Positions 1 to 9,706 of a DNA stretch of 64,000 nt are shown here, piece by piece. Where the stretch lies: contig CAVYSW010000010.1 in NCBI GenBank assembly GCA_963771275.1, positions 64,001 to 128,000 of the forward strand. The letters are read 5' to 3'. The DNA is from an uncultured Gemmatimonadales bacterium. GTDB taxonomy: Bacteria > Gemmatimonadota > Gemmatimonadetes > Gemmatimonadales > GWC2-71-9. Under the pieces are notes generated by a model. It was not told where the DNA came from. It saw nothing but the letters and a program-made list of their open reading frames with translations, and did not search any database. How positions within the stretch are numbered: the first letter of the stretch is position 1; each line of letters starts with the position of its first letter. Position numbers and translations under genes: made by a program.

Positions 1-324
1 CCCGAGCGCGGCCGTCGCCCGCAGGCGATACAGCGCGTTGGTGACCCGGCCGGCCTTGCGCACGCACAGCTCGAGGACCTCGGGCCGCGTGGGGGACGAC
101 GAGATGGAGATGGGCGCCTCGCCCGCTCCCGGCACGCTCAGCATCAGGAACTGGCCGGGGCGATGGCGGAAGCTCCGAACCATCTGCTCGTCGGCGAAGC
201 GGATCGTGAACAGGTGGTTGTCGGGCACCATCCGGTGGATGCGCACGATGTGCGCGAGCGCCGGCTGGTACGGGTTCGCGGTGAGGACGGGCCGATACGC
301 GGGCGCCTCAGCCAGCCGCGGCAT
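1..324 (-). CDS. Sulfhydrogenase gamma / AsrB-like FAD-NAD(P) binding subunit, runs off the window start
   Basis: Translated by hand from ATG at 324: MPRLAEAPAYRP...FRHRPGQFLMLSVPGAGEAPISISSSPTRPEVLELCVRKAGRVTNAL. PGQF and GEAPISISS are typical of this FAD-binding domain. Overlaps the stop of the upstream subunit. Confidence 0.8.
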   Translation of the reverse strand, partial: MPRLAEAPAYRPVLTANPYQPALAHIVRIHRMVPDNHLFTIRFADEQMVRSFRHRPGQFLMLSVPGAGEAPISISSSPTRPEVLELCVRKAGRVTNALYRLRATAALG

Positions 325-1342
325 GCTGCACCTCCCGGAGCCGTTGGATGATCTCGATGATGTCGATCCCAGCCGGGCAGACGTCCAGGCACCGGCCGCA
401 GCCGACGCAGCTCGGTCGGCCGTATTCGGCGACGAAGCCGCGCTGCTTGTGGTAGAACCGGAACTTGACCCGGCTGCTCCGGCTCTTGCGGAAGTTCTCC
501 CCGCCCGCCACCGCCGCATGGGACGCGAACAGGCAGGAGTCCCACGTTCGGGAGCGGCTGCCGTCGAGCGTGCCCAGCTCGGTTTCGTCCTGCACGTCGT
601 AGCAGTAGCAGGTCGGGCAGACCATGCTGCATGCCCCGCAGCTCAGGCACCGCTCGCCCAGCTCGTCCCACAGGCTGCTGCCGGACTCCATCTCGAAGAT
701 CTCGGGCAGATCCCGGATCTCCGCCTCGAGCCGGAACGCGTGCTCCCGCTCCGCCGAGCGACGCTTGTACTCGGCGATGTCCTCCGGCGTCACCTCGGTG
801 AACAGCGAGCCGGTGGCGAGCACCATGTCGTCGCCGAGCGCGGTGCCGACGAACGTGAGGTAGCGGTCCCCCAGGTCCTGGAGGAACAGGTCGAAGCCCT
901 TGGTGACGAAGTCGGCCCGCATCGACCGGCAGAAGCAATGCTCGTCGGGCGTGCAATCGATGCCGATCACGGCCACGTTGCGCCGGCGGGTCTGGTAGTA
1001 CGGGTCGGGGTACCGCGCGCCGAACACCTGGTCCAGGATGTTGAGGCCGTAGATGTCGCACGCGTGCACCCCGAACAGCACGAGCCGCCGCTCGAGGTCC
1101 GCGGTGTCCGGGACGTAGCCCTCCGCGCGGCGGTAGCGGAACAGGCGCTCGCGCGGCGGGAGGAAGTACTTCTTGAGCGGGAGGATGGTGCGCGGGTAGT
1201 CGAGCCGGACCTCGGACCAGCGCTGCAGCCGGCGGAACGCGAACCGGTCGCCCTGCGCCACGGGCCCGTGCATCTCGCCGAACTGCTGCAGCACCGAGAC
1301 GAAGAAGTCGAGGTGCGGCTTGGGGAGTGTCAGCGTCTTCAC
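308..1342 (-). CDS. Sulfhydrogenase beta / AsrA-like 4Fe-4S dicluster subunit
   Basis: FGVHACD, CTPDEHCFC, CLSCGACSMVCPTCYC, RTWDSC and CVGCGRCLDVCPAGID motifs. GTG start at 1342 after GGGAGG. Confidence 0.85.
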   Translation of the reverse strand: MKTLTLPKPHLDFFVSVLQQFGEMHGPVAQGDRFAFRRLQRWSEVRLDYPRTILPLKKYFLPPRERLFRYRRAEGYVPDTADLERRLVLFGVHACDIYGLNILDQVFGARYPDPYYQTRRRNVAVIGIDCTPDEHCFCRSMRADFVTKGFDLFLQDLGDRYLTFVGTALGDDMVLATGSLFTEVTPEDIAEYKRRSAEREHAFRLEAEIRDLPEIFEMESGSSLWDELGERCLSCGACSMVCPTCYCYDVQDETELGTLDGSRSRTWDSCLFASHAAVAGGENFRKSRSSRVKFRFYHKQRGFVAEYGRPSCVGCGRCLDVCPAGIDIIEIIQRLREVQHAAAG

Positions 1343-1761
1343 GGGTTCACCTCCCGCCCTGCCGGGTCCCGCGGCGCGCCGATCGCCTCGTGAATCCGGG
1401 CCAGCAGCGCGTCGGTATCGACCGGCTTCTGGAAGAACGCGTCGTGGCCGAGCCACTTGCGGTCGGGGGCCACCTGGAACTCGGGGGCCTTCTGGTAGAC
1501 CGCGCTCACGACGAAGATCGGGACGCCGTGGAGCTCCGGGGCCCGGCGCAGCTCCTGGACGACGAAGAACCCCTCCGTGCGCTCGTCCATCATGACGTCC
1601 ACGAGGATGAGGTCCGGGTGCTCCCGGCGGGCGCGGAGCACCCCCTCCCGGCCATCCTGCGCCCAGAGCACCTCGTAGCCATGGCGGGTGAGCAGCGTGC
1701 CGAGTGCCTCGGCGAAGTCCCGGTCGTCATCCACCACTAGAATGCGACTTGCCTGCGTCAT
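1339..1761 (-). CDS. Single-domain response regulator (REC)
   Basis: MTQASRILVVDDD...PDLILVDVMM...FFQKPVD. Confidence 0.9.
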   Translation of the reverse strand: MTQASRILVVDDDRDFAEALGTLLTRHGYEVLWAQDGREGVLRARREHPDLILVDVMMDERTEGFFVVQELRRAPELHGVPIFVVSAVYQKAPEFQVAPDRKWLGHDAFFQKPVDTDALLARIHEAIGAPRDPAGREVNP

Positions 1762-2894
1762 GCATCCCTCCCCGGATCGGGGGTCTCGCTGTCCGGATAC
1801 GCCGGCAGCCGAACGCGGAACGTCGAACCCGTGCCCTCGGTGCTCTCGACCTCGATCACGCCGCCGAGCTCCGTCACGATCCGCCGGCATATCGGCAGCC
1901 CGAGGCCCGTGCCTTCGACCTTCCGCTGGCCAGGCTGCCGCACCCGGTAGAACTCGTCGAACAGGAGCGGCAGGGCGGAGTGCGGAATGCCGATGCCCGT
2001 GTCCGTCACCTCGATCACGATCTCGCCCTGGCGCTCGTCGGCCCGCACGCACACCCGGCCGCCGGGCCGGTTGTACTTGATGCCGTTGGTGACGAGGTTG
2101 TCGAACAGCACGCCCACGCAGGTCGGGTCGCCGCGGACGGCATACGCCGCCGCGGGCAGCTCGAGGCCGATGGTGACGTTGCTCTGCGCGGCGAGTCCCT
2201 CGTACGCGGCTGCCGTGCGTCCCAGCACGTCTTTCAGGTCCACGCGCACGCGCTGGCGAGTGAGACTGCCGCCGTCGAGCTCCGCCAGCGTGAGCCAGTC
2301 GTCGATGATGCGCCGCAGCTCGTCGGTCCGCGTGAGGCACCGTGCCAGCCAGTCCGCCCGCTTGGCGGCCGCCGCGGGGTCGTCGCCGAGCGTGCGGAGC
2401 ACGTCGAGATACTGGTGCACGGCCACGAGCGGCGTCTTGAGCTGATGGGAGACGAACGTCACGAACCGGCGGCGCTGCAGCTCGCGCTCGACCTCGCCCC
2501 GGCGCGCCTCGAGCTGGAAGCGCCGCCGCTCGAACCCCCGACGCACGATCAGCCGCAGCTCGTCGGGCGAGAACGGTTTGGGCAGGAAGTCGTACGCGCC
2601 GGCCTTCATGGCGTCGACCGCCGTGCCGATCGTGGCGTACCCGGTGATGACGACGATGGTGATGGTGGGATCGATCTCGTGCAGGCGGGCGATCACATCG
2701 AGGCCGCTGAGCCCGGGCATCTTGAGATCCACGACCACGAGCCCCGGCTTCAGCTCGCCGACCGCCTCGAGCCCGCGTGCCCCGTCCGCGAACACGCCGA
2801 CGTGGTAGCCGACCTTGGCGAGCGTCTGTTCGCACGACAGCCGCATCGCGTAGTCGTCGTCGATGACGACGACCGCCTCACCCTGACCGGGCAC
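1758..2894 (-). CDS. Cytoplasmic hybrid histidine kinase (REC-HisKA-HATPase)
   Basis: N-terminal VVIDDD/DLKMP/LPKPF receiver, H-box VSHQLKTPL, N-box NLVTNGIKY, G-boxes DTGIGI and GTGLGL. No TM segment. Confidence 0.92.
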   Translation of the reverse strand: MPGQGEAVVVIDDDYAMRLSCEQTLAKVGYHVGVFADGARGLEAVGELKPGLVVVDLKMPGLSGLDVIARLHEIDPTITIVVITGYATIGTAVDAMKAGAYDFLPKPFSPDELRLIVRRGFERRRFQLEARRGEVERELQRRRFVTFVSHQLKTPLVAVHQYLDVLRTLGDDPAAAAKRADWLARCLTRTDELRRIIDDWLTLAELDGGSLTRQRVRVDLKDVLGRTAAAYEGLAAQSNVTIGLELPAAAYAVRGDPTCVGVLFDNLVTNGIKYNRPGGRVCVRADERQGEIVIEVTDTGIGIPHSALPLLFDEFYRVRQPGQRKVEGTGLGLPICRRIVTELGGVIEVESTEGTGSTFRVRLPAYPDSETPDPGRDA

Positions 2895-2969
2895 GTCGAC
2901 CGTACCGGTCTTCCTCCCCGCTGCAGCTGCAGACGGCGGGCGGCGCGGATGCCGCGCCTCCGCCCGGCG

Positions 2970-3389
2970 CTACTCCCGAAGGATCTTCCGCACGATCTCC
3001 AGAAACCTGGTGAGGTCGAGCGGCTTCGTCAGATAGCGATCGGGGCGGATCATGTCCACTTCGGGAGCGCGCGGAAACCGCTCGTCGGGCGATTCCTGGA
3101 TCGACGAGACCATGATGATCGGCGTCTGCTGGAAGGCGCTGTACTCGTCCGAGTACTTGATCGCCTCCGTGACGCCGTACCCTTCGGTGATACTCTCCAT
3201 CATCACGTCAAGCACCATCAGGTCGGGCCGGTGCTTCCGCAGTTGGCGGAGTCCTTCCAACCCCGAATCCGCCTGGACGACCGTGTAGCCCTCGCGCTCC
3301 AAAACCGCGCGTACGGTCGTGGCGAAATCCTCGTCGTCATCAACGATGAGAATGACCTTGGTGCCTCGGCGGGCTTCCGTCGCGGACAT
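2970..3389 (-). CDS. Single-domain response regulator (REC)
   Basis: ILIVDDDEDF...PDLMVLDVMM...YLTKPLD. Clear paralog of 1339..1761. Confidence 0.9.
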   Translation of the reverse strand: MSATEARRGTKVILIVDDDEDFATTVRAVLEREGYTVVQADSGLEGLRQLRKHRPDLMVLDVMMESITEGYGVTEAIKYSDEYSAFQQTPIIMVSSIQESPDERFPRAPEVDMIRPDRYLTKPLDLTRFLEIVRKILRE

Positions 3390-3607
3390 GATCGGCTCCT
3401 TCCCGTGCGGGTGGTCGCCGTCAGCAACCGGTGAGCGGAATGGGAGCGCACCCACCGATGCACGGCCATCATAGCACGGCGGCCCTGAAGGAAGGCTGAA
3501 TTCCGGGCGAAGAACCACCCCGGCTCAAGCCGAGGAACCCTGTCGGACTTGCCGCACGCGCGCGATCGTCTGCGCATCGTCTGTGGCGCCACTATCTTTC
3601 CGGCTCC

Positions 3608-5677
3608 ATGACCACCGCCCAGGCAGCACCGCAGGGCATCCGGCCGCCGCCGGACGTGAACCCGCGCGCGGAGCCCGCCCTCGACTTCCCCGACCGGGAG
3701 TACGGCGAGCTGGCGCCGGCGGACTACGCGACGCTCGGCTTCCTGGGCGGACTCGAGGTCCACCAGCAGCTCGCGACCCGCGGCAAGCTGTTCTGCCGCT
3801 GTCCGGCCGGCCGCTACGCCGAGCGCTGCGACGGCGAGGTGCTGCGCCACATGCGGCCGACCCTGAGCGAGCTGGGGGAGTACGACGGCACCGCGCTGAT
3901 GGAGTTCAAGACCAGGAAGGAGATCGTCTACCTGCTCGAGCGCGGGTCGGTCTGCACGTACGAGATCGACGACACGCCGCCGTTCCCGATCGACGACGAG
4001 GCCGTGGAGATCGCGCTCGCCGTCGCGCAGCTGTTCGCGCTGAATCTGGTGGCCGAGCTGCACGTGATGCGGAAGCAGTACCTCGACGGCTCGATTCCCA
4101 CGGGGTTCCAGCGCACCGCCATGGTGGGCCTCACCGGCCGCATCCCGTTCCACGTGCCCGAGCTGGGCGTGCGCCGCGAGCTCGCGATCCGCCAGCTGTC
4201 GCTCGAAGAGGATGCCTGCCGTGAGGTCTCGGACGTGGGCCATCGCGTCACGTTTCGCACCGATCGGCTGGGCATGCCGCTCACCGAGGTGGTGACGGAG
4301 CCGGAGTTCCGCACGCCGCTCGAGGTCCAGGCGGGCGGCCGCCTGCTCGCGCAGGTCGCGCGCGCGACCGGCCGGGTCCGCCGCGGGGCCGGCGCGGCGC
4401 GGCAGGACGTCAACGTCTCGGTCGCCGGGGGCCGGCGGGTCGAGATCAAGGGCGTGGACAACCACCGGCATCTGCCGCGGCTGGTCCACGGCGAAGCGTA
4501 CCGCCAGCTCAACCTGCTGCGGCTCCGGGCGGAGCTCGCGCGGCGCGGCGTCACCACCGACCTGCTGCGCCTTCCCGACAAGCGGCTCCCGTGGGAGGTC
4601 TCCCCGCTGGTGGCCGACGTGAGCGGCGCGTTCTCCCGGGCGCGCTACGCGCCGCTCCGCCAGGCCCGCGACCAGGGCATGACGGTCTGCGCGGTGCGGC
4701 TGCCGGGCTTTGGCGGGCTCCTCACCCAGCGCACGCAGCCGGGCCTCACCTTCGCCTACGAGCTGAGCGAGCGGGTGCGCGTCATCGCGTGCCCCGCCCA
4801 CCAGCGATTCATGGCGCATTCCGATGCGCCGGAGGGCATCCCGCCGGCCAGGTGGCGGGAGGCCCGCGCCGCCGTGCAGGCGGAGACCGGGGACGCCGTC
4901 GTGCTGGTCTGGGCGGACCGCGCCGACGCCGCCACCGCCGCCCGCGAGATCCTGCTCCGCGCGCAGGACGCGACCCTGGGCGTGCCCGCCGAGACGCGCC
5001 AGGCGCACCGCGGCGGGACGACCGGATTCGAGCGCATCCTCCCGGGCGCCGACCGGATGTATCCCGATACCGACACGCCGCCCGTCCCGATCGCCGACGC
5101 CCTGATCGAGCGGGTGCGGGCGACGCTGCCGGAGCCGCCGTGGACGCGCGCGGAGCGGTATGGCGCGCTGGGGCTCGATGAGGTGGCGGCGCACCGGCTC
5201 GCGGGGTCCTCGTGGGCGCGGCTGTTCGACCAGGCGGCGCCCCCCGCCGGAGGGCTCGCGCGCCGGCTCGCGGCGAGCCTCGCCAAGCGGATGCCGTTCC
5301 ACGCGCGCGCGGGCCGCTGCGCGCCGGAGACCGCGGGCGCCATGCTGCGCGGCGCGGTCTCGCGGATCGCGGCGGGGGAGATCCGGCCGGAGGCGCTGGA
5401 TCGCCTGGTGGATGCCGCCGTGACTGCAGGCGACGCGGCGGTGGAGCCGACGCTCGCGCGGTTCGTGCGGCGCCCCGATGACGCCGCGCTGCGCGAGCGG
5501 GTGATCGACCGCGTCGCCCAACGGGCGCGGGCGCTCGCGAACCGCGGGCCGGCGACGCGGCTCCGCTGGTCGATGGGCCAGGCGATGCCCGAGCTGCTGG
5601 GACGGGCCGATCCGGCGGACGTGCGCCGCGGGCTCACGGACCGGCTCGGCGCGTCGGCCGGGGACGCCGCCCGATGA
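3608..5677 (+). CDS. gatE: Glu-tRNA(Gln) amidotransferase subunit E (archaeal type)
   Basis: GLEVHQQL..KLFCRCP, RPTLSELGEYD, RKQYLDGSIPTGFQRT, LEEDAC, DRLGMPL, GAARQDVNVSV, RVEIKGV, GVPAETR, LPGADRMYPDTDTPP. Includes the central insertion that GatB lacks and a helical tail. Confidence 0.92.
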   Translation: MTTAQAAPQGIRPPPDVNPRAEPALDFPDREYGELAPADYATLGFLGGLEVHQQLATRGKLFCRCPAGRYAERCDGEVLRHMRPTLSELGEYDGTALMEFKTRKEIVYLLERGSVCTYEIDDTPPFPIDDEAVEIALAVAQLFALNLVAELHVMRKQYLDGSIPTGFQRTAMVGLTGRIPFHVPELGVRRELAIRQLSLEEDACREVSDVGHRVTFRTDRLGMPLTEVVTEPEFRTPLEVQAGGRLLAQVARATGRVRRGAGAARQDVNVSVAGGRRVEIKGVDNHRHLPRLVHGEAYRQLNLLRLRAELARRGVTTDLLRLPDKRLPWEVSPLVADVSGAFSRARYAPLRQARDQGMTVCAVRLPGFGGLLTQRTQPGLTFAYELSERVRVIACPAHQRFMAHSDAPEGIPPARWREARAAVQAETGDAVVLVWADRADAATAAREILLRAQDATLGVPAETRQAHRGGTTGFERILPGADRMYPDTDTPPVPIADALIERVRATLPEPPWTRAERYGALGLDEVAAHRLAGSSWARLFDQAAPPAGGLARRLAASLAKRMPFHARAGRCAPETAGAMLRGAVSRIAAGEIRPEALDRLVDAAVTAGDAAVEPTLARFVRRPDDAALRERVIDRVAQRARALANRGPATRLRWSMGQAMPELLGRADPADVRRGLTDRLGASAGDAAR

Positions 5678-7066
5678 GCGGCGAGAGCGCCTACCGCGGC
5701 TATCGCGGTCCCTGCGTGGCCGTGATGCAGCGGCTCGGCTTCCGGGTGTGGAGTGAGGTCCGGATGCGGACCTCGCGCGGGGAGTTCGAGGGGCTCGTGC
5801 TGCCGCGGTCCGAGACCAGCGACGAGCACCACATCGTGCTGAAGCTCGGCACCGGCTACAACATCGGCATCCGCCACGACACCGTGCTCGCGGTGGAGCT
5901 GCTCGGCTACCGGGAAGCCGTCTACAAGATCCCCGAGCAGGCGTTCCCGGTGGATCCCGCTGCTGCCGCGCGTCAAGCTGTTCGGCACGGGCGGCACGAT
6001 CGCCTCGCGGCTCGACTACCGCACCGGCGCGGTGATCCCGGCGTTCACGCCCGGCGAGCTGTACGGCTCGGTGCCGGAGCTCGCCGACATCTGCAATCTC
6101 GAGACGGAGAAGCTGTTCGGCATCTTCTCCGAGAACATGGGGCCGGAGCAGTACGTGGTGCTCGCCGAGCACGTGGGCGAGGCGATCCGCGCGGGCTACG
6201 ACGGCATCGTGATCGGCCACGGCACCGACACGATGCACCACACCGCGGCGGTGCTGAGCTTCATGGTGCAGCGCCCGCCGGTGCCGGTCGTGATGGTCGG
6301 GAGCCAACGCTCGTCGGACCGGCCGTCGTCCGACGCGGCGCGCAACCTGATCAGCGCCACGTGGACGGCGGCGCGCGGGCCGATCGCCGAGGTGATGGTG
6401 TGCATGTTCGGCCCGACGTCGGACAGCTACAACCTGCTGCATCGCGGCACCCGGGTCCGCAAGATGCACAGCTCCTACCGGAGCACGTTCCGCACGCTGG
6501 GCGACATCCCGCTCGCGATGGTGGAGGACGCGGTCGTGACGCCGCTCAAGGACGACTGGCGGCCCCGCCGCAGCGATCGCGAGGTGACGGTCCAGGCCGT
6601 CTACGACGAGCGGGTGACGATCCTGTACTACTATCCGGGCATGCACCCGGACCTGCTCGATGCGCTGGTGGACCGCGGCTACCGCGGGATCGTGATCGCC
6701 GGCACCGGGCTCGGGCACGTGAACCGCAAGATCTATCCCGCGCTCGAGCGGGCGCACGCCGCCGGCGTGCACATGTACATGACGCTCCAGACGCTGTGGG
6801 GCTTCGTGCAGATGCAGGTGTACGAGACGGGCCGCGAGATCCTCCAGCTCGGCGTGGTGCCGCTGGCCAACATGCTGCCCGAGGTGGCGTTCGTGAAGCT
6901 GGGCTGGGCGCTCGGCGCGCACCCCGACGACCCGGCCGCGGTCCGCGCGCTGATGACGACCACGCTCGCCGGCGAGATGACGGAGCGGGAGCCGCACGAC
7001 GGATACCTGATTCTCCAGGGCGCCGTGCCGGAGATCAAGCAGTTCCTGGCGACGGTGTGGAAGTAA
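5674..7066 (+). CDS. gatD: Glu-tRNA(Gln) amidotransferase subunit D, with a +1 frameshift near 5958 (probably a sequencing error)
   Basis: GatD-type N-terminal domain (FEGLVLPRS..DEHHIVLKLGTGYNIGI). After the shift come asparaginase motifs GTGGTIASRLDYRTG, HGTDTM, GSQRSSDRPSSD, RKMHSSYR and GTGLGH. Confidence 0.9.
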
Positions 7067-7147
7067 CGTGCGTGCAGCGTGGAGCGTGCAGCGTAACTGC
7101 CTCGGCTATCGGCCATCGGCTAACGGCCAACGGCCAACGGCTAACGG
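7067..7147 (+). repeat. Two adjacent heptamer arrays: GCGTGCA-type x4, then CGGCYAW x6
   Basis: Read directly between the gatD stop and the glnS start. Confidence 0.85.
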
Positions 7148-7156
7148 AGACGTAGC

Positions 7157-8842
7157 ATGACGGAGCGGGGGGGGCAGGACTTCATCCGCGCGATGGTCGC
7201 GCGCGACACGGCGGCCGGCAAGTGGAGCAGCCGGGTCGCGACGCGGTTCCCCCCCGAGCCCAACGGCTATCTGCACATCGGGCACGCCAAGTCGATGTGT
7301 CTCAACTTCGGTCTGGCGCGGGAGCACGGCGGCACGTGCAATCTCCGGTTCGACGACACCAACCCGCTCACCGAAGACCAGAAGTACGTGGACGCGATCA
7401 AGCAGGACATCCGGTGGATGGGGTTCGAGTGGGCGGGCGAGTTCTACGCCTCGGACTACTTCGAGCGGCTGTACGACTTCGCGGTGATCCTGATCCAGCA
7501 GGGCAGGGCCTACGTGGATTCCCAGAGCGAAGAGGAGATCCGGCTGGGCCGCGGGAGCCTCACTCGGCCTGGTCTGGAGAGCCCCTATCGCCAGCGGTCG
7601 ATCGCCGAGAACCTTGATCTGTTCGCCCGGATGCGCGCGCGGGAGTTCCCCGACGGCGCGCACGTCCTGCGGGCGAAGATCGACATGACGCACCCCAACT
7701 TCCTGATGCGCGACCCGCTGCTCTACCGCATCCGGCACGCGTCACACTACCGCCGCGGCGACGCGTGGTGCCTCTACCCGCTGTACGACTTCACGCACTG
7801 CCTGTCGGACGCGATCGAGCGGATCACCCACTCGCTCTGCACCCTGGAGTTCAAGGACAACCGCGAGCTGTACGACTGGATCGTGCACGCGGTCGGCATC
7901 CCCGAGCCGCCCGAGCAGACCGAGTTCGCGCGGCTCAACCTGGACTACACGGTGCTGTCGAAGCGGAAGCTCGTGCGGCTGGTGCGGGAGGGCCGGGTGG
8001 GCGGGTGGGACGACCCCCGGATGCCGACCATCGCCGGCCTCAGGCGCCGTGGCGTGACGCCGGAGGCGATTCGCGCGTTCGCCGACATGGTGGGTGTGGC
8101 GCGGGTCGAGAGCCGGGTGGATCTGGAGAAGCTCGAGCACACCATCCGGGACGACTTGAACCTCCAGGTGCCGCGCGTGCTGTGCGTGCTCAAGCCGCTC
8201 AAGGTCGTGATCGAGAACTGGCCGGACGGGCAGGTCGACGAGCTGGAGGCCCCGTACTACCCCCACGACGTGCCGAAGGAGGGGGCCCGCACGCTGCCGT
8301 TCTCGGGCGTGCTCTACATCGAGCGGGACGACTTCCTGGAGGACCCGCCGAAAGGGTTCTTCCGCCTTGCCCCGGGGCGCGAGGTCCGGCTGCGCTACGG
8401 CTACCTGATCACGTGCACCGGGGTGGTCAAGGACGCGTCGGGGCAGGTGGTGGAGCTGCGCTGCACCTACGACCCGGCCACGCGCGGCGGCGATACGCCC
8501 GATGGTCGCAAGGTGAAGGGGACGATCCACTGGGTGTCGGCGGCGCACGCGCTCACCGCCGAGGTCCGGCTGTACGATCGGCTGTTCACCAAGCCGGACC
8601 CCGACGACGTGGGGGACGAGGAGGACTTCACGGCCACGCTCAATCCGGAGTCCCTCGTCGTGCTGCCGGATGCGCGCGTCGAGCCGAGCGTGGCGCTCGA
8701 CCCGCCGGGCTCGCGCTATCAGTTCGAGCGTCAGGGCTACTTCGTGAGCGACCTCATGGACTCGCAGCCCGGGGCTCTGGTGTTCAACCGCACCGTCCAG
8801 CTGCGGGATACCTGGGCCAAGGTCGTCGCGAAAGGTGCCTGA
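7157..8842 (+). CDS. glnS: Glutamine--tRNA ligase
   Basis: [68 protein letters not shown]. No C-terminal YqeY extension. Confidence 0.96.
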   Translation: MTERGGQDFIRAMVARDTAAGKWSSRVATRFPPEPNGYLHIGHAKSMCLNFGLAREHGGTCNLRFDDTNPLTEDQKYVDAIKQDIRWMGFEWAGEFYASDYFERLYDFAVILIQQGRAYVDSQSEEEIRLGRGSLTRPGLESPYRQRSIAENLDLFARMRAREFPDGAHVLRAKIDMTHPNFLMRDPLLYRIRHASHYRRGDAWCLYPLYDFTHCLSDAIERITHSLCTLEFKDNRELYDWIVHAVGIPEPPEQTEFARLNLDYTVLSKRKLVRLVREGRVGGWDDPRMPTIAGLRRRGVTPEAIRAFADMVGVARVESRVDLEKLEHTIRDDLNLQVPRVLCVLKPLKVVIENWPDGQVDELEAPYYPHDVPKEGARTLPFSGVLYIERDDFLEDPPKGFFRLAPGREVRLRYGYLITCTGVVKDASGQVVELRCTYDPATRGGDTPDGRKVKGTIHWVSAAHALTAEVRLYDRLFTKPDPDDVGDEEDFTATLNPESLVVLPDARVEPSVALDPPGSRYQFERQGYFVSDLMDSQPGALVFNRTVQLRDTWAKVVAKGA

Positions 8843-8848
8843 GCCCGG

Positions 8849-9538
8849 CTACATCCCGGCGCCGAGCAGGGCCGGGAAGTTCGCGATGACCTTCTTCTTG
8901 CCGTCGCCCGAGATCGGCTTGGCGCCGAGATAGACGTCGAACAGCGCCCAGCACAGGGCCGGTGACGCGATCGCCGGCCGCTCGGCGCCCTTCACCAGCG
9001 AGTGCAGCGTGCCGTTGGCGCAGGTGAACACCAGCTCCGCGTCCTTGGTCATCTGCTCGACGCTGAAGTAGCCGCGGAACGTCTGAAGCGCCTCCGCCCC
9101 GCCCGGCATGTTCATCTCGGCCGCGGCGCGCGCGACCCGGGGCCCGAGCGACTCCTCGAAGGCCGAGGCCATCGTCTCGCCGTCCACGTTTCGGGTCATG
9201 ACGAGCCGCAGGCTCATCGGGAACGTCAGCTTGATCAGCGCGTCGTAGAACGACGGGTCCTTCTGCAGCGTCTTGAGGTCCTTGCCGGCGAAGCTCGCGA
9301 GCTGTTGCCGGGCGGCGGCCGAGTCGACGTACAGGCCGAACGCGTAGACCTTCACCGCGAGGAAGGTCTTGGTGCGGAGCCCCGTGCCCATCAGAATCTC
9401 GTCGCCCGACGGGGTGGTGAGGTGCAGCGGGAACGGCACGCCGCTGCCGGGCTCGTTGACGGTTTGCTGCGCGGGGAGCGCGCCGGCGCCGAGCAACATG
9501 ACGCCCGCGAGCAGGGGAATGGCGGTGCGTTGCATCAT
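8849..9538 (-). CDS. Secreted chalcone-isomerase-fold protein
   Basis: Signal peptide, GTGLRTKTFLAVKVYAFGLY, ALFDVYLGAKPIS. Confidence 0.85.
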   Translation of the reverse strand: MMQRTAIPLLAGVMLLGAGALPAQQTVNEPGSGVPFPLHLTTPSGDEILMGTGLRTKTFLAVKVYAFGLYVDSAAARQQLASFAGKDLKTLQKDPSFYDALIKLTFPMSLRLVMTRNVDGETMASAFEESLGPRVARAAAEMNMPGGAEALQTFRGYFSVEQMTKDAELVFTCANGTLHSLVKGAERPAIASPALCWALFDVYLGAKPISGDGKKKVIANFPALLGAGM

Positions 9539-9617
9539 CGTCGTCCTCGGAGGAGGGGGTAGGGGGAGGAATCAAACCTACGCCCCGGCCACGGTGGCGG
9601 AAGGGCCGGGTCTGTGC

Positions 9618-9706
9618 GGGCAGCGTGTAGCGTGTAGCGTACAGCGTGCAGCATGACTCCACTCGGCATGGAGCGATCGGCCATCGGCTATCGGCTATCG
9701 GCCAAC
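9618..9706 (+). repeat. Composite heptamer arrays (GCGTGTA-type x4, CGGCYAT x4)
   Basis: Same two repeat families in the same order as 7067-7147. Overlaps the NRAMP stop codon. Confidence 0.8.

Noticed and set aside
3218..6997. 1259-aa minus-strand ORF and many other long Arg/Ala/Pro-rich ORFs (for example 16010..18214, 26538..28670, 34517..36721)
   Set aside because: Antisense or off-frame shadows of well-supported genes, expected at this GC content, with no recognisable motifs.
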